Shown: positions 22,736 through 34,953 of the stretch, piece after piece
How the letters are laid out: each line of letters begins with the position of its first letter
Position numbering within the stretch: position 1 is the stretch's first letter
From: Laetmonice hystrix
Lineage: Eukaryota
Length of the DNA stretch: 64,000 nt
Assembly: GCA_965235115.1 (NCBI GenBank)
Contig: OZ249437.1
Coordinates: forward strand, 51,088,001-51,152,000
Reading direction: 5' to 3'
Notes under the pieces: generated by a model
Told to the model about the DNA's origin: nothing
Database searches by the model: none
What the model saw: only the letters and a program-made list of their open reading frames with translations
Made by a program: the position numbers and the translations under genes

Positions 22736-25700
22736 TGTCAGAATTTTCCCGTGGGAGATTAAGCGTCTTTTAGCGTACGCAGACAGACGTGGAGGACAAT
22801 GAGTGCCTGTTACTCTTGGCATTGTTTGCCAGATGAGAGGCGCCGCCACCAAGTTTTTTCTACCTCCGAGTAAACGTGTTTTGTCTCGTTTTGATACTTT
22901 TGCCCCGTGTTGTCAAATATCAGGCCACAGAAAAAAGCGCAGCTTCCAACGTGACGGTATAGACCTCTTGATAACCTGATCGTTTCCTTCTTTCCGAAGC
23001 GCAAGAAGAATTTATGAAGAAGTAGACATGACGAATGAGGCCGAGACACGAAGAACCAATGATTTTTTTAAACAATACAACGCGTCTATGCCTCTCGCTA
23101 ATGCCCGAGTTGATCACTTATGGCACGGTGTAGCCAATCCTGCCCGTGTACGCTGGCTATAATCAGTGAAATGGATACTGCCACTGCGGCAAGAAATTGG
23201 TTGTAATAATGTTGACGTCACTAACAAGGCCTTTAGCTAGATCCATCGACCAGCCTCTAATTGGCCAGCAAACCAGACCTTAGATTACGTCGTGTCACCT
23301 CCTTCGTTTATTGAGTCATCCTCCGTTATAGGCGCCTAGTCCATGTTGGACTCTTATTGGATAATTTTGAAATCGATGAGGTTTGAAACCGCTTACAACC
23401 ATCCACTCACCCCCCTTTTTTAATTTATTTCCGATGATGAATTTCGATTAGCACCCGATCTCGGTCTCAGATCGGTTTATTGGAAAGCTGTTCTTCAGAT
23501 TACGTAATGGATTGGGCGATTGCGACTGGTTTGCGTGGATTCCGACGTCATGGCGGTATAGCAGACGTAGATTGATACCGAGCTACCGGACAGTCGTGCG
23601 TGTCTGTCATACCAGATACCGGCAGCAAACCGCCTCGGTATAATATAGCCTTCCAAGGTCTTTCTTCAAAATAACAGGCAATCTATGGGTCTCTAACGGG
23701 GTGAGTATTTATTCAAGGAAGGGCTGAAATACCAAGGGTGTGCTTGGCGGCCAGTAGAAAGATATTTGCATATCTCTCACCCGCTATAGTGCAGTTATTT
23801 GTATGTCTCTGCCCAGCTAGTGCAGTTCACTCAGTGGTTGGAATCAAAGTAGGGTTGAAGCAGTCGAAATCAGTATTCTTTGGTCGATATAGAAAGATTA
23901 CATTAATTTATAGAGTAATCAATGAGATACCTGTTACTAGTTTATGACTTATAGATATTAAAACGAAGAGTTTCATTATTTTAACTATTTTAAAGGAATC
24001 ATGACGTGCAGATGGAATCCGATAACTTTCTGACAGAATATTGGAGAAATGGATAGATACGCTTTGTCAGCTAGAAGAGCAATTTCCATTTTATTTGCTT
24101 CGTTGTGAACATATATTTTCATGACAGTGCCATTAAAATCACAAAGAAGTAAGTGCTTATCGTAAAGTAACTTGGGGGGGGGGGGGGGCTGTGCGATTTA
24201 AAATGCGCATTCCGAAAACTGCAGATTAATATACTTCCATGTGATGAAAATAAAAGAAGTCGTGTTCTGAGATAATTGCCTGTGCGACACTACATATGCG
24301 ATGACAGTGATAGGGTAATAGGCTCTAAAGAATTATATCATGGAACACATCGCTGACACGTTTTTTTCTATACCATGACATGTCATGGGTGCCTTTCAAA
24401 CCTCGGAGTGCCTTTGATAATAGCGATGCCAGGAGAGTATTAATTCAACCCTTTCAGATCCGTTTTATTTCACTCAGCGCGAGGAAAGCAGCCTTTACTT
24501 CCGTGTATTTGGATCTTATTCGACAGGCGAAATAATGCTTCCATTTTCTAAAAGCCGATAAACTGCAATCGAAAAAAATATAATCCATATTTATGAAGCA
24601 GTTAAAAAGAGGGAAAATCCATTTAACATTTCAACTAGCTGGTAAACTCAATTATGTCGTTTTGATGGCTTCCACAGCGAATCAACGATTCTCTCAAGTC
24701 TCATCCCATTCGATTTTATCTTCATTGAGTTGGGTTGAAGATAGATTTTTGAAGTTATATATTCCAATCCGAAACGATTGGCTCCTATCTGATGCATTCC
24801 TGCCTCCGTAATATGGTTATGAATGTCAGACAGGAGTAGTTTTGTAGACAATGACGTTAATGGTGACGCAGAGATGTTCGTGTTTTCCTCGGGCCAGAGA
24901 GGTTACATCAGCGATTTTAATGATCTTGTAAACAATTGCAGACTATCAACGTCTCTCCATATTCGTGTAGAAGAAATAACAAAACGTCACAATGAAACAC
25001 AACCGATGTGCGTGTGTCGGGCAGGGGGGTCTTACTAATTGATTTTAATCTACACGGAAATTATCTGAGAGCCCGCCAGATACGCCGGGAGGATCGCAGG
25101 GGGTCGGTGGGTCCTTAACGTCGTACGAAATTTGTAACTGTCGTTGTGTCGGTGATATGGGCTGAGTTTGATGACGTCGCCAGGCCGGGACAATGTATCA
25201 TGGTCGTGTTTGGTGAGCGCACGTGTCGCACGTGATTTAAGTTCATGCGCTATTGATGGAGATTATCCCAGACAGAGGCTGGGTTAGCGGATGGGATAGA
25301 CCTCCCCGTGAGAACATCGGCACCTAATTACCACTCCCTTGAGGCGGGGGTTGGGGATATTACTCCCCTGTCAGCCAACCCTGTCCACCTATGTCAGTGT
25401 ATATATTAAACGGTGCGTTTGTACCCGTCAGGTTACCCGGTGTTTCTATCCACTGACCCCGAGAAGTGTCCAATGGACCGTAAAACCAACCTTCCTGCAT
25501 GCAGTGTTGCCGACGGCTTTATCGAAGACCACGATACGTGGAGGGGCACGTTAAAGATCCCTTGGTATCTTTTGAAAACAGTAGGGTTCGCCCCGGTGCG
25601 CGGGTTTCTTCCCAAAATCTCATCATTATCAATTTTTTTTGTACATCCATGATATGACTTTTAACGTATCTCGTAAAGTTGAAAGACCAGTCATGAACGG

Positions 25701-28700
25701 CTATTTAGTTTTATGCTGCTTATAACCAAGTGGTGACGAGTTCCGTCAAAGTACCTCGATAATAATTTCAGGACCTCTGGGAGTTGATGCCGAGTGAGAC
25801 TGCATATTCAGGGTGAGGCCATGAAAGGCAAGTTTCTTTGAAGGGTACCGGTCGATTGTAATAATGACCGAATTACTCCTGAGGATGGGCGCGTGATTCG
25901 TCACCCTGCACCAATATTTGCTGCGGTCGCCAATCGTTATAGAGTCACGTAAAGCAATTTGCCGGTTGTCGCTTGAGGTGACGTTTATCACGGTTTTGGT
26001 GATGAACGCCCTAGGCACGAATTGCAGCACCGACCGGAGGCACACGAATATACCCCTATAATAAATGACAAATATGTCCCTACGTCGACCCGGTATGTGT
26101 TAAGCATTTCGGTTTGCCGCAACACTGCCAGTAATCCGCGACATTGTAGTCTACAAGCGCGCGTTATTCTATATTGGAAAGATACGCTGTGTGGGGTGGC
26201 TGGCGTATAATGTGTTTGCTTGAGATTGGATTCATAAGCAATATGTATGTGTCAGATGATTATTATAAATTACTGCGTGACCGGTGCGTTGAATGTGACC
26301 GTCACATCAGTGGAGCTGACAAGCAGTGTTCGCTTAGTCCAATCAAACAAGCTTTCTGGTGGGACGTGGGACGAGATAGATAGACGCAGACGAACAAATA
26401 ATGCATGGCTGGCTTTTGTCGGGTTCTCTGTCCTCCCTGGGCGGACACTGATCCTGATAATTGGTTGTAATCATCACTCGTTACGATTACTGTGGCAAAG
26501 GCACAGTGTTTCCATTACCCAACGTCCATTGATTACTACGCCCTCCGTAAAGGACGCTTTCTCAGTTATTTAATATAAGCCGTTGTCAGACTGACTCTTG
26601 TCAAGTACAAATGATGAATAATATCAATTGTCGTCATGTGTATTCTGTAAATCATATCTGCCTAATGGTTCCATTATACAGAATGTAAAGCATTCATATT
26701 TAATTAAACAGAACCTGAGCCCAACGTATAGCAAATCCTTTCTAGGGAAAATATAGACTGCGCCTTAATATAACATCTTAGAGATAAGTAGCATAATGGT
26801 AATTGTAGAAATGAAAGCGATGGACGGTTAAGGATTAACATTGTGTCGGTTGTGTAAGATTGTGTCGGTAGCTTCTGGAGATAAATCCAGTTGGGTTTTT
26901 GACGTCGTTATTCTGCACTAAGGAACTACTTATAGTTTTACTCCGGCAATGCACTTTTTCGTAATATCTACCCATGATAATAAGAAAGTATTGGGGGACA
27001 TAATATCTATCATTCGGTCTTGAGATGCCGATGTACAAGTAATTCAACAAAGATTCAATCATGAGACCTACAACATGCTCATATTATGCCAAAGCCTGTT
27101 TAGGAATTCAAGTTCTCCATAATTTCTATCACGTGGTGCAAACCTGGATCTTGTTATGAGACATGGGAGAGTTAATGACGTCAGTATTGCAAAGAACTCC
27201 CAAACCTTAGCTACCGTATCCTTTTCTTATACCACCTATTTCGGGGAGGGCCCATCCTTTCTCCAATTTTTTGTCTCGTTCTGCTCTCTTTTTTTGCAAG
27301 AAGCGAAGACTAAGGACGCCCAGAATGTGAAGGGGTGATGACAAGGCTGTCAGTGAAGGGGTGTTACCTTTACACCTATGTAAGACCGTTCCTCTACATC
27401 ATCCGTGCATGAGGCGTTCCCTAATCACTGCCATGCTCGACGGGGCGACCCTCAACGCCCCATACCATGTCGCAAAACGCCACTACTTGACGGGTTTGTC
27501 GGAAGCCGGGCCGTCTTGCCACACACGAGCGGGGCTTAATTATGACAAACGAGGAAAACTCAGGGCAGGAAGAATTGAAACCGTCCCAATATAAGGTTCA
27601 CTTGATATGTTTCAGACAGTATTGAAAACACATGCTGAAATTTACACACCTCGGCACACTTTTCGTGTCGGTTGCATCAGTCCCTGGCACCTGCAGCCCA
27701 ATTGAAAGCCATTTGGACTTGAAAATAGATACTGTGATTCACCAGACGTGGCCAAGCGTAGACGAGACGTTAAGAGAGTTAGACAAAAAAGTCTACCTCT
27801 GACGTAGGTGCGGCAATAAATGAAGTATAAATGTAGTTCCAGATTCACACCATAAAGAACAATTAAACTCACAATGTTGTCTGAGCGGCCGTTTATATCG
27901 TAGCAGATTATCGACATTTTCTATATTCACGTCAGATAGTGTCTGGCTGTGAATTGTGCCTAGGGGCTGGCTGCTTCAAAGAGATTCGGGAAGACATTTC
28001 CTCTTCCAATGAATCGTACATACAGGAGAAATATTTTAGGGTGAAATTTGATGTTTCGCGTGTGTAATTCACCAGAGAGAGACAGAGAGGGAGAGAGAAG
28101 AGACTGATGTAGACACGTATATAGAAGCACAGACAGACAGGGCGGGAGAATGAAGACAGATAGAGACATACAGAAAGATAGACACAGAGAGAGGGAGGAA
28201 GGTTCTAAAATGTCACCTCTTTGGATATTTCACCCCTTTACCTGCAGCACATTCGCTTTCCTACATTTGTCTAAACAAAGTCACTACATGCAGCTTTGGA
28301 AACATCTTTATGATCGAAGTCTATTCCTTCAGTATGGCATCGCGAACTTTCCAATATGCAAGCTACATGGGTGGGTGCGGTACGATATGGGTGTGCGCAC
28401 ATGGGTAATGGGATGTTTGCTTGGATCACGTGCAACCCGAAGGCATGAGTATGAATAGATGATGATATGTGCACACGCAATACCCACTGCGCCCACCCAT
28501 ACCTTGAGGCGACAATAGAGATCAATTGCCGCTCTAGTCGCAACACCTCTACCACTAAATATTCACGGAGACATAGTGTTATTCCTTTTGATAAACACTA
28601 GATATTCCCAGACTGATCAGATTGTTTGCGGCGACATCTCATCTAATTCCAACGGATGACCCAAGTTCTGATTTGATTTACACAACCAGTCGAGTGGAGT

Positions 28701-29252
28701 CAGTGGCTACAATCAATCTACTACAGTCTTTTCATGATATCATTCATTTCTTTCACCTTGGTGGGCGGGGAAGCCAAGGATACAGAGTGCCTAGGCCTAG
28801 GTACTTAACTCTATCCTTTGACGCACAATCTGTTGGACATGAATTATGAGCCTCCACTTAGATGATGTCTTTAGTCATACATCTAGTGTATGCACTGCTA
28901 AATTGCTTCAAATCTTCCTCATAGGCATCCCTGAAAACAAATTGAGATGTCAGAGATTGGAGATTTGACTGGAACACGGCATGTTTATATTTGACCGGAC
29001 AGATAATTCTGAAATGTTTTTAAGTAATTTACGACACTTCGCTCGTTGATAAGGACCTGGCGTCCGAGGCACACGCCATCGTTGATAATGACTGTCCTGT
29101 TTATGAAGTATTACATCTGTCTGAGACCAAGTCAGTATCCTGTGACTAAGTACGTAAAGTGGAGCGATGATATACAACAGTAAGAAGACCGGGGTGAGAC
29201 GTATAACGAAGTGATAAAGTGTGCAGTTCTTGCCTGTACGACCTGGTCTGAG

Positions 29253-29315
29253 GTAAGGACGCCAAGCATTCATCAAGCCTTCCTCCGATGATGCAAGTTT
29301 ACCGTCGGACGTGTA
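29253..29315 (-). mobile_element. Possible LINE ORF2 linker fragment
   Basis: YTSDGKLASSEEGLMNAWRPY resembles the dG.l....ee....W..yf linker between endonuclease and RT. It is a single short motif with no RT found next to it. Confidence 0.2.
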
Positions 29316-31020
29316 CGCATACTGGGGTCCCGTGCCAGTGGCGTGATTTAATACAACCTGGGCCCGGGACAGTGTATATAGTAATATTGTGGGTCCCGCG
29401 CGAAGTATCCTTGACGACAAGCCCAGTAAACGTCACGTCACGTCATAAGACGTAATGAAGACGACTCGGCCAAGACAACAGACTCTATGAGCGCCGGCGG
29501 TCCGAGGGGATATTAGACTCATCATGAAGCCACAGTTAGGATCGGCCGACAAGTGAGTGATGACAGGTCTACGAAGGACCTGAAAGTGGTTATCAACAGA
29601 CACGCCAGCACCACTTTAGGCTCTCTTGTTTCATGGACAGATGGGAAATGGAAAGATGGAAAATACTACCACTGTAGGAGAACAAGATAATGACAAAGAA
29701 AACACGTTATTGATTTCTGTTTACCGTTTACACGCACTCGCAAAAACGCGTAAGAATGCATCCATATCCATAGATGCCTTCCTCATTTTTGGGTAGTTAA
29801 CGCTGGTACGCTGTAATTATTGGCAGACATTCACACTTAAACGTGTTCATATCTACCCTGTCTACCTTCATCATTAAGCTCTCAAGTCAGTCGCTTTATG
29901 CACACTGAAGTCAAAGACGTTGAGATGTGTTTTTTTTTTCTCGACGGTAAAACCCGAAGTGGTGACTGCATTCTAGCGTTGTTTGACACAAATGGGCTTG
30001 TATTGAACTGGTGACCACTAGCCACGAATTCCTGCATGGGTACTTCCACAGCCGCCTGCATTCTGCCGTTCATCTGAATGGGCGTTCTGGCACTGCTATT
30101 ATCAAACGATAGCTGTGTGTAGATGACGAGCGAATTGATCCATGTCGTAGCTTTCCCCCACAGACGGTCATCTGGCCACATCTAAAGAAGAAATTGCGCG
30201 ACTGCGTTGACGTGTACCCACACAGTAAATTATCGACTGGAATTGAACAGAAATATTCCAGGGCGTCAAGAAGTGGGGCCATTTGGGAATGCAATGCTTG
30301 CGTCCGTGCGTTGTAACTGTGTTGCGAGTCTCCCCTCTATTTTCCCCTTTATAGAGCTATGGAATGAAAGGGCTAACTGAACAGAATGATGTAGTAGAAT
30401 CCTCAAGACTATATTTTTTCTTTTTCCGGATTAGTTAAGAGAGGTATTAGGGGCAATTTCAGACGTTGAAAATTGAGCAGATACAATGTTCATGACTCCT
30501 TCTTTCGTTGACATCCGGGAACGTTGAAAAGGTAAGGTCAGAACGATGTGATTCCGTAGCAAGTCACAGAACTATTTTCGGCCATAAACTCCACAATTTT
30601 CTCGGCGGCGAGACACCAACGCTCATACAAACCAGAGACTATAAATGGACACTATTAGATCTACGTAATCCATGGTGTTTTCTTCACACTTTCCATCTTA
30701 GCTTTTTCCGATCGAAGATCATGCTGTTCCACGGCAAAGCGTAGAGAGTGTATTCTAGCCAGTCACTTAGAACAATCACCTGGCCATGAAACAATAACGA
30801 CCAAGTCGATTTGTATTGACATTTGCTACAACACGTGCCTTGGAGCCGTCATTTAGCTTGGCTTAAGTTGAGATCCTACCTCGCCAATTTGGCGCTCTCT
30901 TGGACTGCAACCAACACAATGTCTGCCAGTATCCATTAAAGGTAACAATTTGGGACACTTAAGACGGATGTCTTGTGAGTGCGTAGTATTAGCGATCGAT
31001 ATACCGCGCCGATACCCAAT

Positions 31021-31288
31021 GATTTCAGACGACGCGGCCCAACTTCATTACAGGCCCGGACTGCCACAATTGAAGTCTTCAAAGAGCGCGTTATGAACAA
31101 ATTGAGCGACTTCTTTTCAGCGATGCCCTGCGATGAGTGGGGCCCTACCCTGCGGAACGAGGCTACATTCGCGGCCTCTGAATGAAATCTTTGGGTCGGC
31201 AGGCCAAAAATCCAATTTGCATTTAGGGGCCGATGAAACGATGTGGAAGGATTTTGTGTGTGTCGTCGTTGGACTTCCACAAGGCAGT
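31021..31288 (+). mobile_element. Possible highly decayed non-LTR (LINE) reverse transcriptase fragment
   Basis: DFRRRGPTSL...IEVFKERVMNKLSDFF (cf. YRPISL...K.FE..V...L..F), QFAFR (31213-31227; cf. QFGFR) and GLPQGS (31271-31288; cf. GVPQGS) appear in the right order but in different frames and much closer together than in intact RTs. Confidence 0.3.
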
Positions 31289-34200
31289 CGTGACATTTTG
31301 TAGTCAGGGCGGCCGATGGGGCAGTAGACCAGCCGCTGAGGTACGCTGGGGTTCGGTAGGGCATTCGGCGGCATCTTCAGCTCATTGCTATGCCGGTCAC
31401 CGGGCCCCAAGTTTGCTATCAATGAGTCGCAGATGGATCCCCTGACAGGGTCTCCGTGAATAAACTTTTATATTTCAATCTACAAAGCTTGATACTGGGA
31501 CGGGAAGGAGCACTAGGCGATAAAACCAGGAAGACAGACGTTCGCGCATTACCTTATATTTTATGCTCAGAGCATGCCTGGCCTCCGTGCCAGACATTTC
31601 TAAAGTAATTTCCATTACAGAATTAAATTATTAATTGTTATAAAGTACCATTTTAGGTGTCACATCGGTCGATATGGTAACAATGGTGGCATAATTAATA
31701 TGTTGGCATGCGTCTGTTAAATAAAACTAGAGAAGTATTTATTAATTCCGATCAGGTGAGATGAGCCCAAGGGCACGCAGTGTATCTCAGTACTTAAGAT
31801 AAGACTTGTACCGCCTTACTCAGTTAATGGTCCACCAGTGTCTGATACCGGCCTAGAGGCCGATCCCCGACTCAAAATGGAACACCACAGGCCATATTCA
31901 CAAATGGAAAATGGGCTCTCCATGGAAAGTGCCCAGCATGCCTAGCTCATCATTCTTGTACCACAACTTCATAGCACAAATGGAAACACAAGAACTTGTC
32001 TCATTTGATTTCATTGAAAGTAAAGGAAACTTATACATGTACAATAATACATTTAGTATCACACCGGCATTCGGTTGCATTGCGTTCGTCTTCAAATGAT
32101 CGCTTATCATAGGTTCGAGATTGGAGAAACGCGTTTTTCATCCCAGTTTAGGAAACCCGACGATTTAGACCAGAAACAGAGAGGGGGAGGGAGAGAGAGT
32201 GAGTGAGAGAGGGGGGGGAAGAGTTTTCTGTCCAAAAGGTCAAGGAGTAGCGTTGCCGTGATAAGTATGTTCTCGGAATAGAATAAAGAAGCTTGGTAAG
32301 CGGACGTTCGTTTAGCTTGCACGCGCACACTCCACTTTGATAGACTATATTATTTTTGTCCATTTAGTATTACGATCGGTTTGAGGTATAATTTCTGGCT
32401 CTGTCTCATGTCACCCCGTCATGATAGTATGGAGAGACGTGAATATGATTTAATATAATTCACAATTTATGGACCGACAGACCCGTAAAGTAAACGTCCA
32501 GATCCTAGATGGAAAGCATGAACGCTAGATCCGTATAATTTTACAGGTTCCCTTATATTCTATCACTTGGCAGGGATCTGGATATTTCGTAGATTACAGA
32601 TATTATTGATTTATACATGCAACCTAAATGACACAAGTGCACTCTCCCTTTGTCCATAATTGATCCCAGACGTATTGCCATTCTGAAACATTCACGCACA
32701 GGAGCCGTTAGCCGTGATATAATTGGACCTATCCAGTAGGGCGTCTCGCTATCCCACTGGGTTTGCACATGTGTGCGCATATTGTCCGGTTATATGACGA
32801 CGAACGGGTTGACTCGGAGCAAGCCACAACAGGCGTTCAAGTAGGGCACTGATGTATTGATTACCTGGCCGTAATAATGTCTCTAGGATGACGAGGATAG
32901 GGACCACCACCAGCCCAATTATCGCTTAGACGGCGTCAGGAAGTAACACTGACAGGTTGCCCTGATTAATCCCCAGCCCAAGGTGTCCTTTGAGGGTCAG
33001 AATCATGGCTGCTACCGATTCACAACGGCCTGTCAAGACCGATTACTTGCTGATGGTCCGAGCCTCACATTATTGGCTATATATTGAAATATCAGATTTG
33101 AAGCAGGTGATTTGCAGCGGCCAATGAACTAGTGGTGGCAGTGCGCATGTGTGGTCATTTCCCAAGGGTACTTTTTTTGGGTGGGTGGGGGGGGGGGCGT
33201 TCCTGGTGCTGCAGTGGCCTTCAGGAAAGCTGTGATAACTGTCTGGTCAGTGGTCCGAGTTGATCCGCTGTAGTTGGATTTAAAGACCAGATGAAGACTG
33301 TCCCCACTACCCAGTCATTTGGGAAAATTGGCTCAGTGAGAACGAGGAAAAATGTCGTATGCTAGGTAAAAGATAAGGACTGAAAAATGTTCTTACATGT
33401 CTGTCTGGTCACAAGCCCAAAGGGTATCGGTTATAATAGATGGTGTTTCTTCGGAAATATTTCTTTACAAAGGTTCAAGACAAGATTTAAAGCGAACTAG
33501 CGGGTGTAGCTTCATCTATTCCTTGAGGCAGTGAGGAAAGCGTGGTTATCACTATATGGGGCAGATAATACTTATGTTAATATATTGATTTATGCTTTGA
33601 CTCATATCTGTCTAGCTTTACATTGATAATATATTTTTTCGAAAGGTCACAATGAATTGTTTGTCAGCTTAGAAATCAAAGGTGAATAATTTTCAAAAAT
33701 CGCGTCAGTCAGTCATGTTGTCATCCCAAAGATATCTAAGGTATTTAGACCGACACTAAAATAGTGCAAAAAATCTTGAGTCTATCTAGTATATAGGTGT
33801 AACGAGGCCCATTACATCAAATGGCAGCGAAAGGTTCAATCCCAGCAGGATGTGCACAACGTCGTAGTTGTAGAACAGATATCAGTCTAACCGGTTTACA
33901 TCATTCACACATCACCATTGATTGAGCTGCCATTGGACCTGATGAGTCTAGCGCACAGCCCGACCACCCAAATGGCAACACCTATTAGATAAACAAGTGC
34001 CGGACATTTCTTACGAGCTTGTCGGCGAGGTGTACTGATTGCGTTCATGGGACATCTATTAGATAAGTCAGCGTGAGGCACCGATCAAAGTCCAAATCTG
34101 ACCCCTCCAGTTCCGGGTCAAGGTCAGGTAAGGGTCACGTCGTGCAGGTCAGTGTGCGCAGGCGCCATGGTAGAGAGGTTAGAAAGGCGGGCAGATTGGA

Positions 34201-34885
34201 TTAGGTAGGCTTCCGTCTGCGTTACCCGATTTGTGCGGCCGCGTGCTTTGTCGTACAACTTTAGCCATTCTAGCCGACAATGATGGACCAGCGGTCACCT
34301 ATATGACCCTTTACGGTGGGAGAAGATCGAGAACTAGGTGAAGGGCAGGGTGACGAACGGCCCTGCTCAGTGGAGCCCTAACACTGCCATCTTAGGTCAC
34401 CAGAGCGGGCAGTGCCCTGAGGGCATATCACCATACCAAACACGCCTGTCTACAACATGCAAAGACAGATACGCAGTGGCCGAAACTCAAACCGTACCCG
34501 TAATTGCTAGACTAGTGTTGGCGGATCCTATCTGATGCGTCCCGTGAAGGGTTAATTCCGCTACGAATATTTGCACTGTTGTTTTCTGTCATCCCTATTG
34601 ACACACCCATCTGTCGGTAGATGTGACCTTCCCTTGTAAATCAGAGGCTGGAAATGGGGGCAGTTATTGGGTGGCCCCTTGGAACCAAAGCACAAACACA
34701 TATCAATCACTTCCCCTTAAAGAAAGTGTGTCATCGCATTGTCTTCTACAGATCTGGATGGTCGGCCGTCAGGGGGCGGCACTAGGACGGCCGGGATGAT
34801 TGTATACCATTGTTGTGTTTATTGTATTGTTGTCGCGAATGCTGAGGTCAGGATATAATGGTTTCACTTAACGTGTCTGTTTCAG

Positions 34886-34953
34886 AGAGAGCCGCTGCTT
34901 TCAGTGCTTACTAATAATGAAGAGGCATCGAAACATAATCCAGTATAAAGAGA
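34886..34953 (+). CDS. Coding exon A (68 bp, phase 2 to 1): ESRCFQCLLIMKRHRNIIQYKE
   Basis: Acceptor tgtctgtttcag, donor gtaagt, open in the frame that joins the next exon. Confidence 0.85.

Noticed and set aside
28858-28930. Minus-strand terminal-exon candidate DAYEEDLKQFSSAYTRCMTKDII*
   Set aside because: It has a good acceptor, but I found no compatible upstream exon and no recognisable homology.
29487-29552. MSAGGPRDIRLIMKPQLGSAD with a strong phase-2 GTGAGT donor
   Set aside because: Phase-compatible with exon A, but it has no signal peptide, no family motif and no clear acceptor.
34622-34725. CDLPL*IRGWKWGQ...HISITSP*RKCV as the missing upstream exon
   Set aside because: Two in-frame TAA stops and no phase-2 donor; the resemblance is probably chance.
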